A stretch of DNA of 63,466 bases, filler included, from Reticulomyxa filosa (Eukaryota; Protista; Foraminifera): NCBI GenBank assembly GCA_000512085.1. It is 20 parts of 20 records of this genome, joined end to end, with 100 filler letters (N's around TTAATTAATTAA, not from the genome) between each part and the next. Parts side by side here need not be neighbours in the genome. Positions count along the whole stretch, not along the records: positions 24,774 to 27,237 come from ASPP01016114.1; positions 27,338 to 29,073 come from ASPP01042937.1; positions 29,174 to 30,385 come from ASPP01041877.1; positions 30,486 to 42,551 come from ASPP01026911.1; 16 more parts are not named here. The stretch is one strand, 5' to 3'. The notes under the pieces were generated by a model. It ran no database searches. It was given only the letters and a program-made list of their open reading frames with translations, and was not told where the DNA came from. Numbering within the stretch: position 1 is the first letter of the stretch; the number at the start of each line of letters is the position of its first letter. Of the stretch, positions 24,819-39,100 are shown piece after piece. The translations under genes were made by a program, and so were the position numbers.

Positions 24819-25719
24819 GTGGCCCTGGAACAAAGGGCATCAGCTTGTTGATTATTCCACGCATCGAAGGGGTAAGCACATTCCGACTCAACACGCAAGG
24901 ACATTGGATCAGTGAAACCACTCAAATCTATTTCAAGGATGTCAAAGTCCCTGTCAAGTATTTGATTGGAAAAGAAAATGATGGCTTCAAATACATCATG
25001 TGAGTTGTATAATCCATACACGATACATACATGTTCTGGGGAGGTCACAACATTTGACAGAGATTGAGGGAGGAGGAAGATCCGTTTCCGACATTGGACA
25101 CAAAATTGATTGATGTTTGTGTGTTTCTTTCTATTGTGATATGATAAAAATGCTATAAGGTTCAATTTCAATCAAGAGAGATTTGGAATTGCGTCACAAG
25201 CTGCGGCAGCCGCGCGCATGTGTTTGATTGAGGCTGTGCAGTACGCAAGGGAACGAGTTGTGTTCAAGCAACCCTTGATCAATTCCCAAGTGATTCGACA
25301 CAAGTGTGCGGAAATGGCCAGAAAAATTTTGTCTACGTATGCTTTGATGGAAAAAGTGGCTTCTCAAATGAACGCTGATCCATTGGGCGAAAAAGACGCT
25401 AGCATTCCTCTCAATGTGGCTTTATTCAAAGTCCAATCCACAAAAACTTTCGAATTTTGTGCTCGTGAAGCTTCTCAGATTTTAGGAGGAAAATCGTACG
25501 TTCTTGGAAGTAAGATTGACAGACTGTACCGAGATGTTCGCGCTTACGCTATTTACGGGTTTGTTCACTTTTTTTTTCCCCTCCCTCTCCTTGCCTCCTC
25601 TTTTTCTCTCTTCTTTTCGTGTGATCTCAAATCGTTTGTTTTTTTATATGCCACTTGCTGTTCACAGAGGATCGGAAGAAATTATGTTAGATGTCGCGAC
25701 TCGTTTGGCAAAACTTTAA
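24819..25719 (+). CDS. Acyl-CoA dehydrogenase, C-terminal part (5'-partial, 3 exons)
   Basis: GISLLIIPR...TQIYFKDVKVPVKYLIGKENDGFKYIM|FNFNQERFGIA...YARERVVFKQPLINSQVIRHK...REASQILGG...RLYRDVRAYAIYG|GSEEIMLD. Confidence 0.93.
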
Positions 25720-26328
25720 GCTCTTAAAAAGCAGAGCAAATATTTGTGTATGAACTTACGATATGCTCGGTTTTCCATCTATAAAAATTGTGTTTATCTT
25801 TTTAAAAAAAGATAACGATATAAAAAATGAAAAATTAAATCCAAAAAATATCAACCTTGTCATTTTTCTACAGTACAGTGTAGAATATTTTTTGGATTGA
25901 AAAACTAGCTCCGCATTTTCTTTGAGCAAAAGTTCGTTGATCTTTTTTTAAAGAAAAAAGAAATCAGTAAATGAAAACAAAATGTGAACCAGTTGAATAA
26001 AAGAAATGAAATCACACCACACGTAAATCAAACAAAATGATGTTGTGTCAAAATGACAAAGGTCACAGACGTGTCCCTTGGCAATAAAATTAATTCAAAC
26101 ATCATGTTTTTTGCACCATTGTAACTTTTTCCAATCTTTTCTTTCCTTTTGTGTTGGTGTTCGTCTCTCTGGGAGTTAAAGAAGAAATAAAATAAAACAA
26201 CAAAAAAGTTCACTTCACCCCCATCCACATATTGTTCAGCGCAGCATAAAAAAACTAATTGTTTTTATATGTATTTGCATCACCTATTTTTTGAGGGGTT
26301 TTTTTGTGTGTTTGCTGTTCCTTGATAT

Positions 26329-27218
26329 TTATGATGCATACAGCTTATGATCCAATTCATTTGGAAAAGGTTTAATTTCCGTTCCCAAAGCTTTTTCCAG
26401 TGCGTACAAGTTCATGCGATCCTAAAGTTATATAAAAAATTTGAATCATTTAGAAAGGATCAAAAGAAGGGGAAAACAAAAAGACACACACAACAGAAAA
26501 TGCTTGCATACAAAGACAAACCTCTTCCGTGACAAAATTGACTGCTAATGCCAAATGACCAAATCGTCCACCACGACCGATACGATGTAAATAGGTCTCA
26601 TCAGTTTTTGGGAAATCAAAATTGATGACAACATTGACCGATTGGACGTCAATGCCACGGGTGATCAAATCAGTGCACACCAAGAATCTGGACTTTTTTT
26701 CACGGAAATCGTGAAAGACTCGAGATCGATCTTGTTGATTCATTTTGGAGTGAGTGTAAAAGCATGAAAATCCTAACAAATTCAACTTGCGAGCCAACAA
26801 TTCCACTCGATTTACTGATTTGCAGAAGATAATGCATTGATCAATTTTTAGTTTATTGATCAGCGTGTTTAAACAATGAACTTTTTCTTTTTCTTGCACA
26901 TAAGCATAAAATTGCGTAACCCCTTTCAATGTCAATTCGTCCATCAAATTGATTTTAACATAGTTGCTTGGAAGCCACTTTTGACAAAAATCTTTAACAG
27001 AGGATGGGAAAGTGGCGCTAAATAGCATTAGTTGGAAGTTGTCTTTCGGGGAAAGTTTCAATATCTTTTCAACTAATTCAACAAAGTCGGGAGACAACAA
27101 CTTGTCTGCTTCATCCAACACAATCATTTCGCATCGATTCAATTCACACACTTGATGTTCCGCTAAGTCCAACACTCGTCCTGGTGTTCCAACCACCAAA
27201 TGAACCACATTTTGGAAT
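26329..27218 (-). CDS. DDX6: DEAD-box RNA helicase DDX6/Dhh1 (5'-partial, 2 exons visible)
   Basis: [28 protein letters not shown]6-diagnostic [42 protein letters not shown]. The last exon reads [30 protein letters not shown]. Confidence 0.95.
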
Positions 27219-29173
27219 CTTGTGTGTATGTGTGTGTNNNNNNNNNNNNNNNNNNNNNNNNNNNNNNNNNNNNNNNNNNNNTTAATTAATTAANNNNNNN
27301 NNNNNNNNNNNNNNNNNNNNNNNNNNNNNNNNNNNNNATAACTAGAAAAGGCTGAGCAAATGATCTTTTTTTTTCCTTACATTCTTTTTAATATGAGCAC
27401 TAATGAACTTTTTACAATGCGTGTGTAAATTATTTCGTAGTTAGTGTTTCCTTTCTTTCTGTTATAAATGAAATTGTTTAGGTGAATTCTGGTGTTGACA
27501 ATTATCGATTTGGTGTATAATAAATTTCTTTATTTTAGACTTTGTTTAACAAAAATATTTTAAGAAAGCACTGAATCAAATTGAGCACTTGAGCATTTGC
27601 AGATAATGTTTAAAAAAAAATTGAAAACTGTGTATTTCTTATTTAGAATCCAAATTTTAATAGTTGGTAATGAAACGAGATTGTGTAATTAGGTATCAAA
27701 ATACAATCATACCTAGCAGTGCCAAACACGACCCACAGATTGTGAAAAAAAAAACTTTACCATAACTCAACTCCCTTTACTCCATCTATATGAAATGTCC
27801 GAGAATATATTTGCTGAACCAAACTCAACGACTATTTTATCTTGTGAGGCTTTGAGTAACCGAGGTGCAGCCTCAGAAAAAGAGGCTCATACACTTGGCA
27901 CGTCAGAACACTATACCTTTGTGGAAGGCCATGAAGTATCGAATGACAAAGAGGTGAGCATAGCTGACCCTGCAGAAGCACAAGTGCGAAGTTTTGGAAA
28001 CAAGACAAAAATACAACAGCATACACATACACACAAAAACAAGAAAAAGCAATGAGAGCAATCTATTTTTCGACATTGCAAAACAACAGCAAAGGAAACA
28101 AAAAAACGTGAATGGCAGGACTTTGTGGTCGAATTGTGGCGCGACAGTCTCTGATTGGGTGCAACAATGAATGCAGCCTCGTGTTGGTCCATGAGCACGG
28201 AGGTGCAACGAATGGCAGTGGCAATGGATTGAGAGCGCACTCACTACTTGGTGTTTGCAGCGAATGTTCCAAGAATGTTCCAGTCAAACAAAAGAAAAGA
28301 AATCGAACAATGTCTTCGAGTTATATTATACATACAAGTGGCGTTGTTTTCTGCTCAGCCAACGTGCATTTTTTTTGTCACGCCATATACTTTTATGCAT
28401 GTATATGCTATTTGTCGTTGTTTTTTTTTTCTCCTAAAAAAAAAACATCCCAATATACATATGTGTATGTATATATGTGTATATAAATATAAATATATAA
28501 AGGCACAACTCTTGATACATCAATGTTTCCTCCAAATGGTTTTGAAAAGACTGTGCTGATGCAAGGTTTGATTTAACAATGACTTTTACACACAATTGTT
28601 TTTTCCAGTCATATTTTTTTTTTTTGAGAGAAGAAGGAAATATCAGGATCAAAATGTACACATACAAATATAAGTTTTTTTTGTTTGAAGATAAGTTATC
28701 TTAGTGAGACAAGAGAGAGAGGCCCCAAACGGAATGTCGAAACAAAAAAAACATAAAAGTTATATATTTATAACTATTCTTACATTAAAAATAAACAATA
28801 GTCAACTCTCTCACTCCAAAAGCGAGATATGTACGCGGATATTTTTATGCGCATGTTTTTCTAAACATGTTTGGCACATGCCTCATTTTTAAATCATAAT
28901 TTTTTATCAACGAATTCTCTTTCTTTCTAATGGTTCTCTACATCTTTGTCAGGTACGTTTGTTAAGTATTTCTTTTTTTTTTGAATTTGAAAGATAAGCT
29001 ACATATATATGTGTATATCATCGTGCAAAATAAATAAAATAACAAAGTTATTCGAGTAATTACGGGAATTTTANNNNNNNNNNNNNNNNNNNNNNNNNNN
29101 NNNNNNNNNNNNNNNNNTTAATTAATTAANNNNNNNNNNNNNNNNNNNNNNNNNNNNNNNNNNNNNNNNNNNN

Positions 29174-30385
29174 ATACTCAAGCATTCGAGCAAGAATTAC
29201 GGTTTGCTTAGAAAATAACAGAACATATTGTCATTGGAGGAGATTGGAATGCTCATCATCCTGCATGGTTGGACCATAATACTGACGATGTGGGTGAGTG
29301 TATTCTTGATTTTATTGTACCCAATGGACTACATATTTTAAATAAAATGCCATTTGGTTATACATTCATGAAAGATAATGTGACACCAAGTATTGATATC
29401 ACATTATGTTCATCATCTATTCTCATTTGTTAGCAATTGGAGGCAGATGATGTCGAATTGGATGTGCGTTCAGATCATCTCCCAATCACGTTTAATATCA
29501 AAACCATGTGGTCTTCACCACGAATTGAACGACAAAAGATTGAGACTTGGAATCTGAGAAGTAACAAATGGGAACAATTTAGATTGAGATTTAGAAGAAA
29601 TATTGACAATTGGATGCAATCTATTGATCCTATTGCATTGGATAACACAGAAACATTGGATAAAGCAGTGGAATCTTGGACCAAATGTATTGTTGAAGCT
29701 AGTGAAGCTACAATTGGTATCAAGACGATATGGAAAGGCAATAAGCCATGGCGGAGCGACAGTCTAAGTCGATTACGAAAGAGAGTTCAAAAATCAAGGA
29801 ATTTAATGCTATATAAGAAAACTGCCAAGCAATTACGAAGGAGATTGCAATTAGAAAAGCATCAACATATGGTAAACAGTATCAGTTCGCTTCATGAAGG
29901 CAACACAAGGAATTTACTCGCACAGTTTAAAGCATATTCCCAAGCCTGATAGAGATCATAGTCAGTGCAAGAATCATCGACCAATTGCATTGTTATCAAA
30001 TATTGGTAAATTAATGGAAAGAATCATCACAAGGAGGTTAATATGGTGGTTGAATGAAAAGCAATTATTGCATCAAACACAAGCAGGATTCCAGTCTTGG
30101 CACAATACCGACGAGTTGTTATTGAGATTGACTGAGACAATCCACAAGCATTTGATTGCAATTCAGTCACTTATGCAGTGTTATTGAACATTTCTGCAGC
30201 ATATGACAGTGTATGGAGAAATGGATTGAGATATAAAATGAGACACGAATTTCAACTGGATGGAGATCGACTTGGAAGAGTTGTATTGAATGGAACTAAT
30301 TCAGAATGGATGCAATTCAATACAGGAGTTCCTCAAGGATATGCTTTATCCCCAATATTATTCCTATTATATATTAATGATTTAC
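29174..30385 (+). mobile_element. Degenerate non-LTR retrotransposon ORF2 (APE endonuclease + reverse transcriptase), internally deleted
   Basis: Endonuclease motifs IVIGGDWNAHHPAW, SIDITL, SDHLPI. RT motifs HRPIALLSNIGKLMERII, QAGFQ, LNISAAYDSVW, GVPQGYALSPILFLLYINDL. Stops and frameshifts present. Confidence 0.93.
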
Positions 30386-30873
30386 NNNNNNNNNNNNNNN
30401 NNNNNNNNNNNNNNNNNNNNNNNNNNNNNTTAATTAATTAANNNNNNNNNNNNNNNNNNNNNNNNNNNNNNNNNNNNNNNNNNNNAATAAAATAATAAAA
30501 GTTATATAATGTTTATTTTATTTTGTTATGATTCATTTTAATCTCTTGACCGAGAGCAACAAACTAACTTTTTTTTTATAAATTTGAATCATACAAATAC
30601 AACTATAAAATATATAAGTAAAAAATAATTGAAATAAATACAAAATTATAGGTGAGAACTAATTTAAAAAGAATTTGAATATCAAAGAAAAAAAAATATA
30701 ATAATGTGTCGATTGTTTTTTTTTTTTTTACTTTAATTTTAATACTTGAATTCTTTAAACCAAACTTTCTCAAAATTATTCAGAATCAATTTTCTTTTTC
30801 AGGAATAAATAAATAAATTTTCCATTTTTGAGGAAGGGAGTAAAGTAAAAAAAATAAAATAAAAAAACCAAAA

Positions 30874-32457
30874 ATGTCTACACATGAGAGTTATTGTGAA
30901 GGAAAAGTATTACTTTCAACCTCTTCAAATGGTTGTATCTGTCTAACTTTAAACAATCCACAGCGTTTAAATGCGGTAACTTACGGTATGTTACGACGTT
31001 TTTAACTTTATTACTATTATTATTATTGTATTTAAAAAAAACATTATATAAAAAAAGAAATGTTTATTACATTGGAAAAATTATTTTTAAAATGGCGTAA
31101 TGATCCATCAATAAAATTTATTTTATTAACATCTGCAAGTAATAATTCATTCTCTGCTGGTGGAGATATGCGCGAATTAGCAGATAGTATCATAACAGAT
31201 CCAATGAAACGTACATTTCATCCATGGCAATTTGTTTGGACTGAATATCGACTTGATTTATTATTATTAACATATCCTAAACCTATTATTTCATTAGTAA
31301 ATGGAATAATAATGGGAGGAGGTGCTGGTTTAGCTATTCATTCTAAATATACTATTGTAACAGAGAATGCTATATTTGCAATGCCTGAAGTTAAATAAAT
31401 AATGAGTAATATATTTTATATTTTATATTAAATAATAATTTTAAAATATATGTACATAGAATAATGCTTATTTCTATGTGGATGTATTAATGTGTTGGCA
31501 TTTGGGTAAAATGCCTTTTCATATTGGTGATTATTTAGGATTAACAGGTTCACAAATAACATATAAAGATATGTTATATACGGAATTAGCATATTGTTAT
31601 ATTCCTTTTCAAGATTTGAAAAATTTACAAGTTTATATATTATTATATATATGTATATATATGTATATAAATATATATTATAATATATATTTATATATTA
31701 TTTGTTTATATTATAGAATGAATTAATGAATAAAAAAATAAATGATGAACAAAATATTACAATACATATTGAAAATATTTTTAAAAAATTTAAACAAGAA
31801 ATAAAATATGATGATTGTGATATATTTCGATTTGGTTCAATTATTAATCAATGTTTTGGTGCAGATAATATTGAACTTATTCTTCAAAATTTATATCAAT
31901 ATTCACAATCTCATTCAGAAATAAAAATACGTCAATGGTGTCAAAATGTAAAACAAATACTTTTATCAATGTCACCTCTTAGTCTTAAGGTATTAAATAT
32001 GTATATGTATATGTATAATAATGTTTATAATAAATAAATAAATAAATATATATATATTATATAGTTAACTCTACGATTATTAAGAGATTGCTCTAATGAT
32101 AATATGACATTAATTATCCTTGCAAAGAATTCTTATCAATTAAGTTGTCGACTTCTTATAAAAGAACATTTTTATGATGGTGTTCAAAAATGGTTAATTG
32201 ATAAAAAAAATAGGAATAATAAAGAAATTATAAACAATAATCAACAAATATTTCAATATGGTCTAACTCATGATTTATCTAAATATTTAAATAAATCAAT
32301 TATTGATCGATTTATTGATGAACCTGCAAATATTATATTTCAACTTACATTACAGGAATATTCTGTTAAAATTTGTAATGTAAAAATTATTAAATCTATT
32401 CCTCCTTATCTTAAAATTGATGATATTATTCAAACAAATATTTTAAGTAATCTTTGA
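30874..32457 (+). CDS. HIBCH: 3-hydroxyisobutyryl-CoA hydrolase-like crotonase-family protein, multi-exon
   Basis: LTLNNPQRLNAV, FSAGGDMRE, EYRLDLLLLTYPKPIISLVNGIIMGGGAGL, FAMPE|NNAYFYVD (catalytic E and D spacing kept), GDYLGLTG, INQCF, MSPLSLKL. Confidence 0.85.
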
Positions 32458-32524
32458 TTTTATTTTATTAAAAAAATTTTTAAAAAAAAAATGCTAAATA
32501 TACAATTTTATATAATGAAATTTA

Positions 32525-33923
32525 TTATTGATTACTAAATAATTCGAAACTTTTAACAACATATCGACAACCTTGCTTTTCTCCAAAATTTTGTAAAAAA
32601 GAAACACGAATAAATCGAAATTTAGATGTAATTAAATTAGAATCTACTCCTATTGGTCCTTTTAAATCAATTTGTTGATATGATTTTGTATTTTTAAGAC
32701 GAATTTCATGTGGTTCACATAAAAACCAATTTGTAGATAAATTATGTTTTGAATTAATTCTATAATCATCTGTCATTTCTATTTTCATTATTTTTGGAGC
32801 TTGTGCATCACCATTTGTTTGAATACGTAAATAACATATATTTTCATAAAATATATCTTCTTTACATTCAAATATTATCCAATCATAATCATTTTCATTT
32901 TTAAAATTACTATTTAAATCACTTGCATAATAAAATTCTTCTTTATTATTATCTATTGATGTACGATGTATTAATAAATTTTTTGGAGAATAATTATCAT
33001 AATGACCACGATGATTTATTACATGTAATGGTATTGCTTTAGCTTCTATAATAATAATAATATATACATATATATTTATATATATATATATATTTATTTT
33101 ATTATATATACATTATTTATTTTAACTTACCAACAGAAATAAACATTGATTGTACATTAGATATAACAAAATGTTCTGCTGGATATTTACAATCAATCAC
33201 TATTCTAATTTCATAATGTATACCTTTAATTACATGAATAGAATCACAACTACAAAATGTAGCTGTTAAACAACTTTCTTCTTTTTCTTTTATTTCTTTT
33301 TTTATATCTGATACTTTTGTTATAATTCTCCATTTTTTTATTTTATCTTCTTCATTTAATTCTTTTTTTTCATCTTCTTTTTCATCCTCTTCTTTTTTAA
33401 TTCTCATTTCTACTCTCATATCTTTTATATTTTCACCAAAACTGCTTAATACTTCCCATTTTAACTATATAAATAAAAATATTTATTTATTTATTTATTT
33501 ATAAAGATAAAATACATATATACATATTTTTTTTTTTTCTTTTAAAACTTGTAAAATATAATCAGAATCTCTTTGCTGTAAAATACTAGGCTTTTCTAAT
33601 ACACACATTAAAGGAACAGTCATTATAAGATCTTTAATATTACCACAATGTGTTAATGCCTTTAATTATTAAAATTATGTATATAATCTGTATTAATTTA
33701 TTTTAAATAAACAATAATAATAAAATATATATACCTGTATTGGTACAGTATCATCAAATTGTACAATAATATGACTATTTAAACCATTAAAATGAGATAT
33801 AAGTCTTGATTCATCTTGATAAAGATCAAATTCTTTACTTTGAAACAATTGCTTTTCAAGCATATCAATCCATAATAAATTATTATTATTATCATGTGAC
33901 TGAGTATGTTGATGACGATAATG

Positions 33924-33962
<39 letters not shown>

Positions 33963-34825
33963 CATCATTATTATCATTAGAAGATATAGTAGTTGCTATT
34001 GGAGAGGGAGTAGGTGAATCTGTAGTAGTCATATATTGTTGCACTTGTTCAATTTTATGAATGTACTTTTCAATATGCAATCGTGCATGGACCGTTTCTT
34101 TTTGTTTTTCCCGATACGTATCCTTTACTTTTGAAATTAATTGTTTTTTACGTTTAAGTAAAGCGTTTGTTATTTCATCTATTTTTCCTTCAATTGTTCC
34201 AATTTGTAATCGTTCATTTGTCGATATTTTTTTTGAAATTACATCTAAACATTCAATTAATTTTTTTAATTTTTCTTTTTCTTTTTGTAAACTCTTATTC
34301 CATTGTTGTTTCGTTTTGCCTTTCCATGTACTTGTTGTTATTGTTGTCATTGTTTTCATTTTTTTATGTATTTGATTCTGTCCTTGCTCTTGTAGTAGTT
34401 GTTGTTGTTGTCCTTGTTGTAAATACATTGAATGAGATCGCTGTCGTATCTTGTTATTATCACGTTTTCTTTTTAATTCATTGCCTTCATTTGAATCCAT
34501 TTTTAATACTTGATCATATCTTACTACTGCTTCAAATAATCTTAATGATGTTTCAAATGAAAATCCTTGTTTCATTAATAGTGACCTTTATTTTATTTTT
34601 TATTTTTTATTTATTTCTTCCTTCCTCTAAAATTTCTTTTTACAGAATAATAGTGTTACATCTTATCTACGCAAAAATAAGTACTTTTTTTTTGTGTGCA
34701 TACATCAATTGCTGAGGCTCCCCTTGATAACATTGTCGCAGTTTAGACGGAGATAAAGCATTTTTGTCCATGTCATCATACAGATCTTGAACGTTGTATC
34801 TCTCACAAAAGGTTTTCAAATCCAT
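32525..34825 (-). CDS. Hypothetical multi-exon protein: possible N-terminal SAM-like helix bundle, coiled coil, Asn/Gln tracts, C-terminal discoidin/galactose-binding-like beta domain
   Basis: Consecutive minus-strand ORFs 33958-34575, 33693-33977, 33117-33419 and 32525-32788 are separated by intron-like AT tracts. The C-terminus reads YSPKNLL...DWIIFE...APKIMKIE...FRFIRVSFLQNFG. The start at 34825 (MDLKTFCERY) is tentative. Confidence 0.55.
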
Positions 34826-36185
34826 TAATTGACTACAGTTACTCTTCCACCTTTCAACAATTGCAAAGTATGCAAGTCAAAATGCTCGTTATACCTACAA
34901 AGCTACAGCTCAAGTTAAAGCACAATCAGAACTTTTCGAACGATTCCAAAAACTCAAACGGACACTTTGCAAAATAAAACTATTTTAAAAAAGTAGGAAC
35001 ATGACATTATTTAAAATTTTTTATGTACATCAAGTATTGAGAGTACATAAATGTGCAGATATGAGAGGTAGTGTTTTGTGGTATGAATTGTTTTTCACTT
35101 AAACACACCCAAAGATATTTGTAAACAATGATAGCAATTAACAATGTTTTACAAAAAAAGGTATGTGCATTAATCTTTTGAAATATACTACATTTATAAA
35201 GAAGCTTCGAATTTGCGTAGTCCGAGACAATGATAAGTAAAAAGAAAAAATGATAAACAGAGTAGAATGTACAATCGACAGCTAAAAAAAATCCCACTAA
35301 GATGAACCCTTACGAGCATTTATATGTTTACTCAACATTTATTTAAAAATTTTGAATACATGTTGATTTTTCATGAATAAATACATAAATGTTCGTAGAT
35401 GTTATCTTAGGGGGATCTTTTTTTAGCTGTCGATTGTACATAGATGGATAATATGCACTAGAGCAATGCAACACATAACAAACACAAATAGCCAAAATTA
35501 TTGATTTGTGACTATGAAATAATAATGACGTAATTACGTGATTAATCAGTCTTGTACAATGAAACCAGATGACACACAACTAGAATAAATATTAAAAGTA
35601 TGACACAAACAATATTATTATATCATCTAACAAGATAATTAATTAAAAATTCCTTTGTAATTGATTTATTTTTATGTATCGGGCTTATACGATTTGACTA
35701 ATGTGTACAATGAACAGCGTCTTGCAAAAAAAAATCTAACATATGCTACTTTATAAATACATTAAATGCTATGATGAAATTTAATTTCGATATAATGTTT
35801 GTATTTTGATGTTTTTGGCCTGCTTTACACCAGCTAAACAATTAAAAACATTAACAAAAAGTACTAAACACAAAAACGATTATCATTTTTGTGATAGTTA
35901 CGAAAACGGCAGTGTTTCTAAAAGAAAAAGCATATACTTCTAACATCGAAAATTATTTTTAAAAATATGATCCGAAAATTCATAAGTAACTATTTACAAT
36001 CAATCAGGATTAAATGTTTGCCTTTTGTTGAAAAATTACTGTCTCATAAAATGGCTTTTTATATTTGCAATTTGCTTTGCAAAACTTATTTTTAGTGATT
36101 CAGATGAGCTCTCTTTGACATCAGTAAACGATAAACTACTGATTACTTTAAATACACATTAAAGATTATTGAAATTGTTAATGAA

Positions 36186-39100
36186 ATGTCGTTGCCTGAC
36201 AAAAAAAAAACGGGGTTTCTAACAACGAACGAGTACCTCTAGAAGAATTACAGGAATCTTATAAGACTCCACCTTTTCAAATTCCACAACGAATTTCTTT
36301 ACCACCACCTTGGATTGACGAAATTGAAAAAATTGCAAATGAAAAGTACTCCCCTGGCCAGCAGTTGTTTCTGTCAGTTGAAAACGGTAAGCAGCTTTTG
36401 TTTGAACGTAATATTTGATAACGCAAATAAAACTTCAAGCAATATTGTCTTATTTTTAAAAAAATTGTGTAATTTTTTAATTATAGATAAAAATTTATTT
36501 GATCATTGTTTCAGTAATTTTTCATTGGTTTCATTGAAGTCATATTTTTGTGCAACATCGAAACTGAACTTAGTGGTAAAAAATGTATATGATCATATTT
36601 TTTTTTAAGGCTGGTTAAAACTGAAAACTTTTGAAAATACAGTTGGTTAGTGGTCGCACACAATACGCTTTTGAATATAATCGTGACATTGCTTTTCTTA
36701 GTTGGAAAGAGTATCCATGGTCTAAGAACTTGGGTATGTTGTTCCATTTCTTGTGGAACAAGATGCACATGAATGAATCCAAGGTTTTGCCGAATCCTTT
36801 GTGGTCCCTAATATATCCACAAAACCAAGCAAAAATTCCAATGGAATCTCCAAATGGATTGTACTTTGTTCGCCTTTATTATTGCGGTGAATGGAGATGT
36901 GTTACTATCAATGACGAGGTTTGTGCGGGTTGACACGCAACATAATAAAACAAACTAACTTCATTTGAACCTTTTTTTAATTAAAAAATAAAAGATCCCG
37001 GTTTCAAAGACCCATAATCATTTATTATTACCAAAGATTAGCAACACAAACGAAATTTGGCCATTGCTTATTTCAAAAGCATTAATAAAACTACATGTTC
37101 TTACCAATCAGTATGCAGCTTCAATTGAAAATGGTTTTTTCAACAATTTTCTTTTTTAACAGTTTATTTGCATGTGCCTCTAGGTCGTGGAAAGACAACG
37201 GCTTGGGGATAATTCAAAGCCTAACCGGAATGTTGCCAAAATATGGAGAAATTATCATACCAACAAAGGATTTAACTGCTATTTGCTGTACATTTAACTG
37301 TCAGACGGATGATCAAGTAACGTTCCTTGCAAAAAAAAAAAAAGGGGTCTCAAAGAATAATTTTTTTGAATGTCTACAGGAAGAAAATCACAAAGATAAT
37401 GCTACGTTAACTTCTTGCACAGAATATATCTGTAATATGCTAGAAATTGAAACACAAGACGGCAAATACGAAGAAGATCTACAAAATAAACACATTTCGG
37501 CACTTGTCCAACTATTTGACCAACCACGCGAAATGCAATGGTATCATCAGCAATGTTATGATATTAACTTGCCTGAAGACAATACTAGTTATTTATACAA
37601 AGCCCAACAGACAGTTATAATCTCAGATGACGATTGTTCTGATGTTACTGTGCTTATTCAAGTCCATGAGTTAACTTATGGTATGAAAATAAATTATAAA
37701 AAAATTATAAAAAATACTATTAAAATTTGTTATACAGAAATATCATCAAAAGTAAAAGTGCAATTGTACAAATATCTCGTCGATGACAACATTAAACTTT
37801 TCGTGCAAGAAAAAATCTTATTCAATCGATGCACAACCTTACTGGCCACTCTAAGTAAAGAGGCAATTTCTTTCTTTTATTGTCCTTTAAACAAAAATTT
37901 AATATAACGTAAGATAATTGCCTTTTTGGGACTTACAGAACCAAAAGTACCATATTTAATTGAATTAATTGAAAGCTCAGCGGGATATCATGTGAGTGTA
38001 TTTTCACGGTCCAATAAAATATTTGTTGAGCCTTTTTTTGGAAAATCAGAAGTATGGAAACATTGCTTGCCGTCGTGGCATTGTATTGAAAAAAATGGAG
38101 AGTACCCAATGTCAATTGCCGGGAATCCATGTGTTTTATTCAATATTCGGCTGAAGGTTTGTGAAAATGATAGTCAAGACAAAATAGGACCCTTTTTTTT
38201 TTTTTTGAGTCAAATGCAAATAAAATTTTAAAAAAGTTGTTGTATTGCTTTTTGTATAGAGTAGTGAATCCTGTCAAATGATTTGCTATTTGTATTTACC
38301 AGATCCACAAATGCAATCATCTTTGGTTTGTTGTCTATATGACAAAGACAACTTTGCATTGCAATACTTGAATCTGTCTTCTTTGTGCTCCACCAAACTT
38401 AAAAAAAACACGGTACACAGTTATTTTTTTTAATTTTACGCTCTCCTTGCACGAGACAAATGCAAAAAAAAAAAAAAACAATTAAATGCGTTTTGGAACA
38501 TCATTTTTTTTTCTAAGTTATTAATACTGCATTCTATAAACAACAACTTTATTAAAGAACGGATTTCATTTGATCGGATTTTGCCAGCCAACAAAAACAA
38601 TATTGCCTGGCCAGTGGACACTTAAATTTGTGTCCAACACATCATGTCTTAATGCTGACGCAATAAACATGAAATATTGCAAGCGCTATCCACTCAATTA
38701 TAGCCCTAATGACAATCGACTCTTACTTCAGTTTTGTATTGTTTATTCGATTGAAATCTCAAAAAAGATTGGCTCCATAGTAAACTCCTTCTTTTTTTTT
38801 TTCTCTCTCCCCTTTCTCTATAGAGATGAAATTCAGAACTGCAATTATTTGTTTATTCAATTCGTTATAAAAATGCAAGACGGCAACCCTTGCGGTGCAC
38901 TCGTCTCATTGACTAACAGAGACTCAAAAGATAGCGAAAAAACTTATCATTCCATTCAAGGTGTTGTTACAGTCCCATGCTACTGTGCACAAAATTCGAC
39001 TGCTGGGATTAAAGTCGAATGTGTTGACTATATTAATCAAAAAATCACTAAAATTGGTGCCTTTTCGTCAGTGCTTCATGTTATTAGTGACGTACCGTTC

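Noticed and set aside
27795-28560. Hypothetical gene on the 27338-29073 contig
   Set aside because: Short ORFs with internal stops and no recognisable domain or consistent exon chain.
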